Assembly: GCA_930982035.1 (NCBI GenBank)
Contig: CAKNJL010000004.1
Span: 408 to 64,407, forward strand
From: an uncultured Clostridium sp.
GTDB lineage: Bacteria > Bacillota > Clostridia > TANB77 > CAG-508
Length of the DNA stretch: 64,000 nt
Direction: 5' to 3'
The translations under genes were made by a program, and so were the position numbers. The notes below the pieces were generated by a model. That model worked only from the letters and a program-made list of their open reading frames with translations. It searched no databases and had not been told where the DNA came from. Below are positions 39,467-48,226 of this stretch, piece by piece (positions within the stretch are counted from its first letter, which is position 1; each line of letters starts with the position of its first letter).

Positions 39467-41044
39467 ATGTTACTTGAATTAAAAAATATTTCAAAATATT
39501 ATGGAGATAAAAAAATATTAGAAATCGAAAATTTAAAAATTTATGAAAAAGAAAAGATAGGGATTGTAGGTCAAAATGGTTCAGGAAAAACAACATTACT
39601 TAATATTATTTCTGGAAGAATAAAGCCAGATATTGGAGAGGTTATTTGCAATCAAAATATAATATATATGGAGCAATTTGAAATTATTGATGAAGAAAAT
39701 AGATATTTAAGTGGGGGAGAAAAGAAGAAAAAAGCGTTTAATAATAAAGTATTAAATCAAAATGGAATTATATTATTAGATGAGCCATCTAGTAATTTAG
39801 ATGGAGATAGTATAAATTATATTAAAAAGGAATTAAAAAAATATACAGGTACAATACTTATTATATCACATGATAGAAGTTTACTAGATGAAATATGTAC
39901 ATCTATTATAGAAATATCAGATGGAAATGTAAAAAAATATGATGGGAATTATTCTAAATATAAAATGCAAAAAGAAGCAGAAATAAAAAGAAAACAATTT
40001 GAATATATGGAATATGTAGAAGAAAAAACTAGATTAGAAAAAGCTATCAATATTTCAAAAAATACAGCTAAGGAAATTAGAAAAACTCCAAAAAGAATGG
40101 GGAATTCTGAAGCAAGACTTCATAAAAGAGGAGTAGAAAATAAGAGAGAAAAATTAGAAGGACATACAAATGCTTTAAAAACAAGATTAGATAAATTAGA
40201 AGAAAAAGAAAGACCACAAGATAACTCCAAAATATATATGAAATATCAAACAAATCAAAAAATAAAAAATAAAATTGCAATTCGAATAGAAGACCTAAAC
40301 ATAAAACTAGGAAATAAGGTACTATTTGAAAATGCAAATTGTATTATAAAAACAAATAGTAAAACAGCTTTAATAGGTGAAAATGGAATAGGAAAAACAA
40401 CATTACTAAAGGAAATTATTTCCCAACATGATAATATAAAAATAAATCCAAGTGTCAAGATAGGATATTTTAGTCAGGACTTTACTGAACTAGATTTTGA
40501 CAAATCAATAATAGAAAATGTTATGAAAGATACAAATTATTCAGAAATAATGGTAAAAAATGTTTTAGCAAATCTTTTATTTAAAAATAAAGATTTAGTA
40601 AAGGAAATAAAACAGTTAAGTGGAGGAGAAAGAGTAAAAGTAGCAATTGCTAAGATATTATTATCAGAAAGCAATTTATTGATATTTGATGAGCCTACAA
40701 ATTTTCTAGATATTGAGTCAATTGAAGGTTTAGAAAAATTATTTAAAGAATATAATGGAACGATTTTATTTGTTACACATGATAAGACATTTATAAACAA
40801 TATAGCTACAGATGTCTTAGTGATTAAAAATCATAAAATTATAGAATATAATGGGAATTATTCTAGTTATTTAGAGTATGAAAAAGAAAAATCAATTAAA
40901 AAAGATAATGAAAATGATAAGTTATTGATAGATTTTAAATTGTCACAAATTAGCTCAGAATTATCTATTACAAAAGATGAAAAAAGAAAAATTGAATTAG
41001 AAAAAGAATATGATGAGCTAATAAAATTAAAAAGGAAAAGGTGA
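39467..41044 (+). CDS. ABC-F family ATPase, antibiotic-resistance (ARE: Vga/Lsa/Sal-like) type
   Basis: Two NBDs (GQNGSGKTT/LSGGEKKK/ILLDEPSSNLD and GENGIGKTT/LSGGERVK/LIFDEPTNFLD) and no TM domain. The K/R/E-rich interdomain linker contains MGNSEARLHK. Confidence 0.85.
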   Translation: MLLELKNISKYYGDKKILEIENLKIYEKEKIGIVGQNGSGKTTLLNIISGRIKPDIGEVICNQNIIYMEQFEIIDEENRYLSGGEKKKKAFNNKVLNQNGIILLDEPSSNLDGDSINYIKKELKKYTGTILIISHDRSLLDEICTSIIEISDGNVKKYDGNYSKYKMQKEAEIKRKQFEYMEYVEEKTRLEKAINISKNTAKEIRKTPKRMGNSEARLHKRGVENKREKLEGHTNALKTRLDKLEEKERPQDNSKIYMKYQTNQKIKNKIAIRIEDLNIKLGNKVLFENANCIIKTNSKTALIGENGIGKTTLLKEIISQHDNIKINPSVKIGYFSQDFTELDFDKSIIENVMKDTNYSEIMVKNVLANLLFKNKDLVKEIKQLSGGERVKVAIAKILLSESNLLIFDEPTNFLDIESIEGLEKLFKEYNGTILFVTHDKTFINNIATDVLVIKNHKIIEYNGNYSSYLEYEKEKSIKKDNENDKLLIDFKLSQISSELSITKDEKRKIELEKEYDELIKLKRKR

Positions 41045-41048
41045 TAAT

Positions 41049-41489
41049 GTGATAAGAAAAATAAAAGAAGAAGATTTAACAAAGGTAATGACAATATGGG
41101 TAAAAGGTAATTTTAAGGCAAATAGTTTTATAGATAGAGATTATTGGTTAGAAATCTATAATGACATAAAAATTGATTTTTTAGAAAAATGGAAAACATA
41201 TGTATATACTGAAAATGAGGAAATTTTAGGATTTATTTCTATAGATAATAATGAAATTAAAGCAATTTTTGTAAAAGAAAATTATAGAGGAAATGAGATA
41301 GGAACAAAGTTGGTTAATTATTATAGAAATAATTTAAAAGCAGGAGAAGAAATATTCTCAAAAATTTTTAAGAAAAATATGAAGGGAATTATATTTTTTT
41401 CAAATTTGCAATTTAAAAATGTAAAAATACAATTAAATGAAAAATTTAATGAGACAGAATATATTATGACATGGATAAAAGATAAGTAG
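41049..41489 (+). CDS. GNAT-family N-acetyltransferase
   Basis: FVKENYRGNEIGTKLV acetyl-CoA binding motif; GTG start. Confidence 0.7.
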   Translation: MIRKIKEEDLTKVMTIWVKGNFKANSFIDRDYWLEIYNDIKIDFLEKWKTYVYTENEEILGFISIDNNEIKAIFVKENYRGNEIGTKLVNYYRNNLKAGEEIFSKIFKKNMKGIIFFSNLQFKNVKIQLNEKFNETEYIMTWIKDK

Positions 41490-41700
41490 GGATATGAAAG
41501 ATGAAATCTTTTTGATGTTGTGTTTTCTTAAGAAAAAATTAATAATTGCTAAAAAAATATTTAATAAATGATTGATATACTATATTTACAATATATCTTA
41601 CATTATTGTAAGATAAAAATGTTACAAAAAGCGTACATTTTAAGAAAAATGTGGTATAATATGTATGTTGAATTTAAGCATATTAGCAGAAAGGATAAAA

Positions 41701-42432
41701 ATGAGCAGAAAAAATAAGGTAAAGATTTTTAGAATATTAGTAGCAATAGTCGCAATAGCGATAATTATAGGTGTTATAGCATATTTAGTTCCTGTTATGA
41801 GAAACTTAAGTACAGTAGAAGGGCAAGAGGCTTTCAAAAATAAAGTAAATGATTCAGGGTTTATTGGATTATTAATGTTATTTGGATTGCAAGTAGCACA
41901 AATTTTTCTTTTTATCTTACCAGGAGAGCCAATAGAAATACTTGCTGGAATGTGTTATGGTGGCTGGGGAGGACTCGCATTCATAACAATATCTGTATTT
42001 ATTATTACAACAGCAGTATTTTTTCTAGTAAGAAAACTGGGAAAAAGATTTGTATATGATTTTTGTGATGAAGAAAAGGTTAAAAAAATAGAAAATAGTA
42101 AATTATTTAAAAATCCTAAAAGAATCGAATGGATAATGATTATACTATTTATGGTACCAGGAACACCAAAAGATTTATTAGTATATATTGCAGGATTACT
42201 ACCAATAAAACCATTGAGATTTATATTAATATCAACATTTGCAAGATTACCTTCAGTTGTTTCATCAACATTTGCAGGAAATACTTTAATGAAAGGTGAC
42301 TGGAAATCAAGCTTAGTTATATATGCAGTTACATTTTTTCTAGTAGGGGTTTTAGTGCTTATTATAAATAAATTTGATAAAAGTAAGACAACAGAAGAAG
42401 CTTTAAAATCAATACAAAATGAAATCAAGTAG
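41701..42432 (+). CDS. TVP38/TMEM64 (DedA-related) family membrane protein
   Basis: Multi-TM protein with a FILPGEPIEILAG motif. SD aaagga precedes the ATG at 41701. Extended -10 TGgTATAAT at ~41652-41660. Confidence 0.7.
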   Translation: MSRKNKVKIFRILVAIVAIAIIIGVIAYLVPVMRNLSTVEGQEAFKNKVNDSGFIGLLMLFGLQVAQIFLFILPGEPIEILAGMCYGGWGGLAFITISVFIITTAVFFLVRKLGKRFVYDFCDEEKVKKIENSKLFKNPKRIEWIMIILFMVPGTPKDLLVYIAGLLPIKPLRFILISTFARLPSVVSSTFAGNTLMKGDWKSSLVIYAVTFFLVGVLVLIINKFDKSKTTEEALKSIQNEIK

Positions 42433-42452
42433 AAAGGAAAAAAGGGAAGTTT

Positions 42453-43007
42453 ATGGAAGAAGAAGTTGTAAAATCAAAAGATTCCAAAGATAAAGTATTT
42501 GAATATATAACATATTTTTTTGTATACTCATTTTTGGGATGGTTAATAGAAACAATTTATGCTTTATTTGTACATGGACATTTTGTAAAAAGAGGATTTC
42601 TGTTTGGTCCACTTTGTCCAATATATGGTTTTGGAGCAGTTATACTTATAATGGCAACTAAAAAATTATATAAGAAACCATTCCTAAAATTTTTAATAGC
42701 AACTGTAGCCTTTACATTATTTGAGTACATAGTATCTTTTTTACTAGAAATGCTATTTGAATTAAGATGGTGGGATTATTCAAATGATTTCTTAAATATT
42801 CAAGGAAGAGTTAGCTTACCATATTCTATATTTTGGGGAGTTATTGGACTTATTTTGCTAGAAAAATTACACCCATATATACAGGAAAAAATACAGAAAA
42901 TAACTAAAGGAAATACAAATAATATTCAAACAGTAACATGTATAATACTAATTTGTTTAATAATAGTAGATACAATTTTATCTGTAATAAGATATTTGGG
43001 GACGTAG
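42453..43007 (+). CDS. Polytopic membrane protein (DUF1113-like)
   Basis: Five to six TM helices; GWLIET and RWWDYS motifs. Confidence 0.55.
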   Translation: MEEEVVKSKDSKDKVFEYITYFFVYSFLGWLIETIYALFVHGHFVKRGFLFGPLCPIYGFGAVILIMATKKLYKKPFLKFLIATVAFTLFEYIVSFLLEMLFELRWWDYSNDFLNIQGRVSLPYSIFWGVIGLILLEKLHPYIQEKIQKITKGNTNNIQTVTCIILICLIIVDTILSVIRYLGT

Positions 43008-43049
43008 CACAAATTGCATACAATTAGTGCCACGTCCATTTTTGTTTTT
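43000..43049. terminator. Bidirectional terminator between convergent genes (contains a GGGGACG box)
   Basis: ggacgtagcac / gtgccacgtcc stem followed by a T-rich run. Confidence 0.6.
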
Positions 43050-43808
43050 TTAAGGTTCCTCTATCAAGTCTTGCCAATATTTTTTTGGCATAAATTGCAT
43101 TTGACATCTAGCATTTTTCCTTTCTTTTATTGCAATTGTTTTAAAAAACATTTTCCAGAGATTTTGATATATTTGTTCATTTTCAGTAATTTCTGGTATT
43201 TTCAAGTTTTTACTATCAATAATTTTATACTCTTTGCAATTATATAAAAAACATAAATTCCTAATTTTATCATGAATAATAAAATTTTGAGTAGGTAATC
43301 TTTTTATAAAATGATGTCCTAATGGTTCAATGATATTATTATCAGGATGAATAGAAGCATAATAAATATTTTCTCCAACTTCCATAAATCTAAGTAAGCC
43401 TTTTAATTTATGACATTCTGATAATGCTCTTTTTCTCATATTAATAACAGAGAAGACATATGAAATTGTGAGCATTGTATTAATTTTAGGACCTATATCA
43501 AAACCATCACATAAATATTTTAAGATATTTATTTCTTTATCCTTTCCATCTGATAAAAATGCGTAAAAGCTATTATATAAAGCTTCATAGCAAATATTTT
43601 TATTAATACCCTCAAAAACTCTTTTAGATTTTTCATAATTTGTATTAATATATTGAGTTTTATCCAAAAAATTATTTATATAAACCTCTTCTGAAATAAT
43701 TTTTTGTGGCAATGTTTTGTTAGAATAACTATCAAAAACAATAGTTAATAATCCATCAAATGTACCATCATATAGATAAGTTTTATTTATAAGCTTCCAG
43801 TTAGACAT
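43050..43808 (-). CDS. DUF4130 / TIGR03915-like probable DNA metabolism protein (uracil-DNA-glycosylase family 4 related)
   Basis: Size, and its conserved pairing downstream of the radical-SAM gene with a 22-nt overlap. SD aaggagga. Confidence 0.65.
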   Translation of the reverse strand: MSNWKLINKTYLYDGTFDGLLTIVFDSYSNKTLPQKIISEEVYINNFLDKTQYINTNYEKSKRVFEGINKNICYEALYNSFYAFLSDGKDKEINILKYLCDGFDIGPKINTMLTISYVFSVINMRKRALSECHKLKGLLRFMEVGENIYYASIHPDNNIIEPLGHHFIKRLPTQNFIIHDKIRNLCFLYNCKEYKIIDSKNLKIPEITENEQIYQNLWKMFFKTIAIKERKNARCQMQFMPKKYWQDLIEEP

Positions 43809-45085
43809 TTTATTTTATCCTCCTTTGTAGGTAGCAATTTATCAAAGATTGATAATTGCTCAAATTTCTTTTGTGGAATAGTATTTCTTTCTTCATAAAG
43901 TAAATTAGTTTCAATAAAATTCTTATTAAATTTATATGCTTGATTAAAATATTTTCCTTTACAAGTAATGAAATATTGAGCTCTTTTTAGCACAACACCT
44001 AATTTTTTTAAACTATCAAAATCAAGAAGAAACTCTCTTCTAGCTGTTATTATCTTTTTAGCACTTATAACTCCTATGCCTGGAATTCTAAGCAAAGTAT
44101 AGTAACTTGCTGAATTGATTTCTATTGGAAATTTATCTAAATTCCTTAAAGCCCAATCACATTTAGGGTCTAATAGGGTATTAAAATTAGGATGTTTTTC
44201 ATTTAATAATTCGTTGGCTTTAAAACCATAGAATCTGAGTAGCCAGTCAGCTTGATAAAGCCTATTTTCTCTTAATAGAGGTGGATTTTCTAAAGTAGGT
44301 AAATTCTTGTCATTGTTTATAGACACATATGCAGAGTAATATACTCTTTTCAATTTTAAAGAATTATACATACTTTCAGAAAGTTTCAAAATTTTTAAGT
44401 CAGATTCAGGAGTTGCTCCAATAATTAATTGAGTAGTTTGACCAGCAGGGACAAATTTTTTCTTATATTTTGATTTATCTACTTTGTTGAATTTTATAGT
44501 ATTTGAAATATAAGTCATAGGTTTTAGAATTCCATCTTTTTCTTTTTGCGGAGCTAATAATTTTAAACTAGAGTTAGAGGGGAGTTCTATATTAATACTT
44601 AATCTATCTACCAAAGTTCCTAATTTATCAATTAATTCTTGGCTACATCCAGGAATAGTTTTACAGTGAATATATCCATTAAAATTATATTCATTTCGCA
44701 AAATAGAGGCAGTTTCTACAAGTCTTTCCATAGTGTAATCAGGAGATTTTATAACAGCTGAACTTAAAAATAGTCCTTCAATATAATTTCTCTTATAAAA
44801 ATTAATAGTTAAATCAGCAACTTCACGTGGGGTAAATGTAGCTCTTCTGACAGAATTTGAACATCTATTAATACAATATTTGCAATCATACATACAGGCG
44901 TTCGTAAAAAGGATTTTTAAAAGAGAGATACATCTACCATCTGCACCCCAACTATGACAAATACCAGAAACATGACCATTTCCGATTCCATTATTTGAAT
45001 TTTTTCGATTACTACCACTAGAACTACATGAAGCATCATATTTGGCAGAATCAGCAAGGATTTTCAATTTATCAAAAATTTCCAT
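43787..45085 (-). CDS. Putative DNA modification/repair radical SAM protein (TIGR03916-like) with C-terminal helix-hairpin-helix
   Basis: CMYDCKYC (CxxxCxxC) cluster motif and a C-terminal LLRIPGIGVISAKKI HhH motif. SD ggaggtg. Confidence 0.8.
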   Translation of the reverse strand: MEIFDKLKILADSAKYDASCSSSGSNRKNSNNGIGNGHVSGICHSWGADGRCISLLKILFTNACMYDCKYCINRCSNSVRRATFTPREVADLTINFYKRNYIEGLFLSSAVIKSPDYTMERLVETASILRNEYNFNGYIHCKTIPGCSQELIDKLGTLVDRLSINIELPSNSSLKLLAPQKEKDGILKPMTYISNTIKFNKVDKSKYKKKFVPAGQTTQLIIGATPESDLKILKLSESMYNSLKLKRVYYSAYVSINNDKNLPTLENPPLLRENRLYQADWLLRFYGFKANELLNEKHPNFNTLLDPKCDWALRNLDKFPIEINSASYYTLLRIPGIGVISAKKIITARREFLLDFDSLKKLGVVLKRAQYFITCKGKYFNQAYKFNKNFIETNLLYEERNTIPQKKFEQLSIFDKLLPTKEDKIKCLTGSL

Positions 45086-45146
45086 ATTGCACCTCCAAAC
45101 ATATGTACGATTATATCAATAAAAAATAAAAAAAGCAATAGGGAAA

Positions 45147-46019
45147 TTAACTTTTTTTATTTGATTTTTCAAATATTATATCTAAATCACCTTTTTTGTA
45201 CATTTCCATTGTAGTTTCATATCCAGCATTTAAGCAATTGAATAAATCTTTTTCATTTCCTATTAAATCTGTTTCATTACAATCTACCTTTATCCATATT
45301 GTTGATGCTTTCTTTTGATTTATTACAGCTGATCTTCTCATTGATTGAAAGGTGTTTCTGATTCCAGTTATTAAATTTACTTTTTTATTATTAACTTTTT
45401 TTCTATACAAATTTTCTACTCCAACTACAATATCTGCAAATTCTTCCATATGTATTGTAGGAGTATTATTTGTCATACCGCCATCTAATAATTGATGTAG
45501 TTGACCATCAATATAAACATTATTAGGTAAATATAACATAGGTAAAGTACAAGAACTTTTTACAGCTTCCCAAATGGTTCTATCTGTAAAACATTTTTCA
45601 TCTTTTATTAACTTTGAAGTATAATATATGGTTTCTTTAAAAGTAATGTCTAATGCTGGAATAAATATTGGCATTTCTATTTCATTCATATATTGTTTTC
45701 CTTTATTTAGAGCTGAATCTTTAATAGTTGTTTCTATAATCTTAGGATTTTTACCACCACCTCTACAAACGAGTTTTATAGGTGCAAGTATTTTATCAAT
45801 TAAGCCAAATTTTGGATATTGAATTGCATAATATTTCATTTTTTCTAAAATTTCTTCTACAGTGTATCCCATTGCATACAGAACTGCTATGCAACTTCCT
45901 ATACTTGTACCCGAAATGGCTGATATTTTTATTCCTAATTCTTCAAAAGCTTTTATTACTCCTAGATTACTTATCGCTTTTATTCCACCACCAGTACAAG
46001 CTAAGCCAACAGTTTTCAT
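45147..46019 (-). CDS. Patatin-like phospholipase
   Basis: CTGGGIKA oxyanion motif, GTSIGS (GxSxG) and a DGG dyad motif. The ATG at 46019 follows the PlsC stop with SD aggggg. Confidence 0.85.
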   Translation of the reverse strand: MKTVGLACTGGGIKAISNLGVIKAFEELGIKISAISGTSIGSCIAVLYAMGYTVEEILEKMKYYAIQYPKFGLIDKILAPIKLVCRGGGKNPKIIETTIKDSALNKGKQYMNEIEMPIFIPALDITFKETIYYTSKLIKDEKCFTDRTIWEAVKSSCTLPMLYLPNNVYIDGQLHQLLDGGMTNNTPTIHMEEFADIVVGVENLYRKKVNNKKVNLITGIRNTFQSMRRSAVINQKKASTIWIKVDCNETDLIGNEKDLFNCLNAGYETTMEMYKKGDLDIIFEKSNKKS

Positions 46020-46020
46020 T

Positions 46021-46617
46021 TTATGATTTCCCCCTTTCATTATTTAGTTCATAGATTTTTTGTATAAGCATTTTAGACTTATTTTCTATTTCTTGTTTAC
46101 TGTTTAGTTCTTCTTTTTTTATATAAATTGGTTCTCCGAATGTAACAGTTACTTTTGAAAAGAAAAGTGGACGCATAGTTATATACACTGGAATAATAGG
46201 TATGTTACAATTAGCAGAGATATAAACAGCTCCTTTTCTATAGTATTTTCCAATATCTTCTTTTTTCTTTATTACTCTACCTTCTGGAAACATAAGTAAT
46301 TTTCTGTCTTCGTTATTATTATTAAAAATTTCTAATGAATGATATAAACTTTTAAAATCTACTTTTTCTCTATTTGTTGGAAATATATTATATTTTAAAA
46401 GTAACCATCGTATTAATTTATTTTTAAATAAATCAGACTTGGCCATTATATAAAGATTGTCTGTTTTTGTATATATAAAAACTGGATCCAAAACATTTGA
46501 ATGATTGGGACAAATTAGACATCTTTTTACATTTTTTATTTTTTCGAGATTCACATATTTTACTCTATATAATATTTTGCAACAAACTAAATTTAATATA
46601 TTTTTTATTAGATTCAT
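46021..46617 (-). CDS. plsC: 1-acyl-sn-glycerol-3-phosphate acyltransferase
   Basis: NHSNVLD (HxxxxD) and FPEGR motifs. Confidence 0.8.
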   Translation of the reverse strand: MNLIKNILNLVCCKILYRVKYVNLEKIKNVKRCLICPNHSNVLDPVFIYTKTDNLYIMAKSDLFKNKLIRWLLLKYNIFPTNREKVDFKSLYHSLEIFNNNNEDRKLLMFPEGRVIKKKEDIGKYYRKGAVYISANCNIPIIPVYITMRPLFFSKVTVTFGEPIYIKKEELNSKQEIENKSKMLIQKIYELNNERGKS

Positions 46618-46725
46618 TTTTTACCACCAAATACTAGTATATTATATTTATACATTTTTTTCAAGGTGGGTTTTGGAGATCGCTTTTCCAAAAGTTCACA
46701 AATTGAAGAAATTTCTATATTGATG

Positions 46726-46754
46726 TTGAAAATTTTAGAAATAAAAGATATAAT
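46726..46754 (+). promoter_or_regulatory. Sigma-A-type promoter of the FtsZ-like gene
   Basis: TTGAAA (46726-46731), 17-nt spacer, TATAAT (46749-46754). Confidence 0.55.
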
Positions 46755-46800
46755 ACTAATCAGTACACAAAAGTAAATCTAGAAAGGAAAGGTTGTAAAA

Positions 46801-47793
46801 ATGATACAAATAGAGAATAAACACGGAAAAAATTATGGAAATATATATGGAGAAATAAAAACATCCATACCAAAGATAAAAGTAATAGGAATAGGCGGAG
46901 GTGGAAACAATGCCGTAAGACAAATGGTTGAAGATAAAATAAAAGATGTAGAGTTTTGTTTTATAAATACTGAATTAGCAATGTTAAATAAAACAAAGAT
47001 GGAAAATGTATTACAGATTGGAAGAGAAACAACAAAAGGTTTAGGTGCAGGTGCTAATCCAGAAGTTGGAGAAAAAGCAGCAATCGAAAGTAAAGAAGAT
47101 ATAAAACAACTATTGGCAGGAACACAACTGTTATTTTTAACAGCCGGAATGGGAGGAGGAACTGGAACAGGAGCTATACCAGTTGTTGCAGAAATAGCAC
47201 AGGAAATGGGAATACAAACAATTGCAATTGTAACAAAACCATTTCTATTTGAGGGAAGATTAAGATCAAGTAGAGCAGATAATGGTATAGAAAAATTAAG
47301 ACAACATGTAAATAGCCTTATTTTGATATCAAATGATAAATTATTAAAAATTGCAGGAAATAAAAAAATGAGTGTTATTGATGCTTTTAAAATGACAGAT
47401 AATGTTTTAGAACAAGGAATTAAAAGTATTACAGATTTAATTACATCAATTGGAGATATAAATGTTGATTTTGCAGATATTAGTACAATGCTAACTTATA
47501 AAGGTATGGCATATATGGGAATAGGAGAGGCCTCAGGAGAGGGAAGAATGATTGATGCAGTAAATCACGCAATAGCTAATCCTCTTACAGAAAGTAATAT
47601 TAATAATGCAAAAGGTGTAATTTTTAATGTAAGAGGAAATACAGAATTAGCTCTAAGTGAAATTAATGATGGAATTGCTAAAATTAATGATTTAATTAGT
47701 GAAGATGCAAATGTAGTATTTGGAACAACAACAGATAATTCACTAGATGATAAAGTTGTAGTAACAGTAATTGCGACAGGAGTGGAACAATAA
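46801..47793 (+). CDS. FtsZ homolog lacking the C-terminal linker and conserved tail peptide
   Basis: GIGGGGNNAV, GGGTGTGAIPVVAEIA (tubulin signature) and a T7-loop NVDFADI. The ORF stops right after the globular core (VTVIATGVEQ*). Confidence 0.85.
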   Translation: MIQIENKHGKNYGNIYGEIKTSIPKIKVIGIGGGGNNAVRQMVEDKIKDVEFCFINTELAMLNKTKMENVLQIGRETTKGLGAGANPEVGEKAAIESKEDIKQLLAGTQLLFLTAGMGGGTGTGAIPVVAEIAQEMGIQTIAIVTKPFLFEGRLRSSRADNGIEKLRQHVNSLILISNDKLLKIAGNKKMSVIDAFKMTDNVLEQGIKSITDLITSIGDINVDFADISTMLTYKGMAYMGIGEASGEGRMIDAVNHAIANPLTESNINNAKGVIFNVRGNTELALSEINDGIAKINDLISEDANVVFGTTTDNSLDDKVVVTVIATGVEQ

Positions 47794-48089
47794 TCAATGT
47801 ACTTCAATTACAAGATTATCACAATAAAAAGATAACACTTGAAGAATGTGTAAGGGAAAAGGAGCAAATTACAGAAATAGTACAAATAGATAATATATAT
47901 AGATTTAAAAATATGATTAGATGGGCTAATATTACAAGAATGAAAAAAGTTAGTATATTAAGATTGAATTTTAATGGTACTATTGGTAAGGTGGATGGAA
48001 AATATTTAAGTACGATAAATGAAAAAATAAGAACAGAATTTTTTGAATAAAACATTGACTTATCGCATAAAATATAGTATCATAGTATT

Positions 48090-48193
48090 AGAAAGTAATC
48101 AATAAGGATTGCTGTGGGAGGAACAAAAGTTCCAGTAAAATTGCTATGGGGGGCAACTAATTAGAAATAATTAGTTGCCTGTTTTCTTATTTT
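48090..48193 (+). ncRNA. Candidate small RNA (own promoter and terminator, no ORF)
   Basis: TTGACT (48055-48060)-N17-TATCAT (48078-48083). Terminator hairpin at 48152-48179 (12-bp stem, GAAA loop) plus a T-rich tail. Internal duplicated ATTGCTRTGGGRGG motif. Confidence 0.3.
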
Positions 48194-48226
48194 ATGTTAT
48201 ATTAATTATAACAGTTGATAAATCAA

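Noticed and set aside
46660-46700. The hairpin ttttgga-gatcgctt-tccaaaa upstream of ftsZ, and its loose resemblance to ccaaatcgttccaaaa at 4366-4381.
   Set aside because: The match is short and could arise by chance in AT-rich sequence. The hairpin also works as a simple terminator for the divergent plsC-side transcripts.
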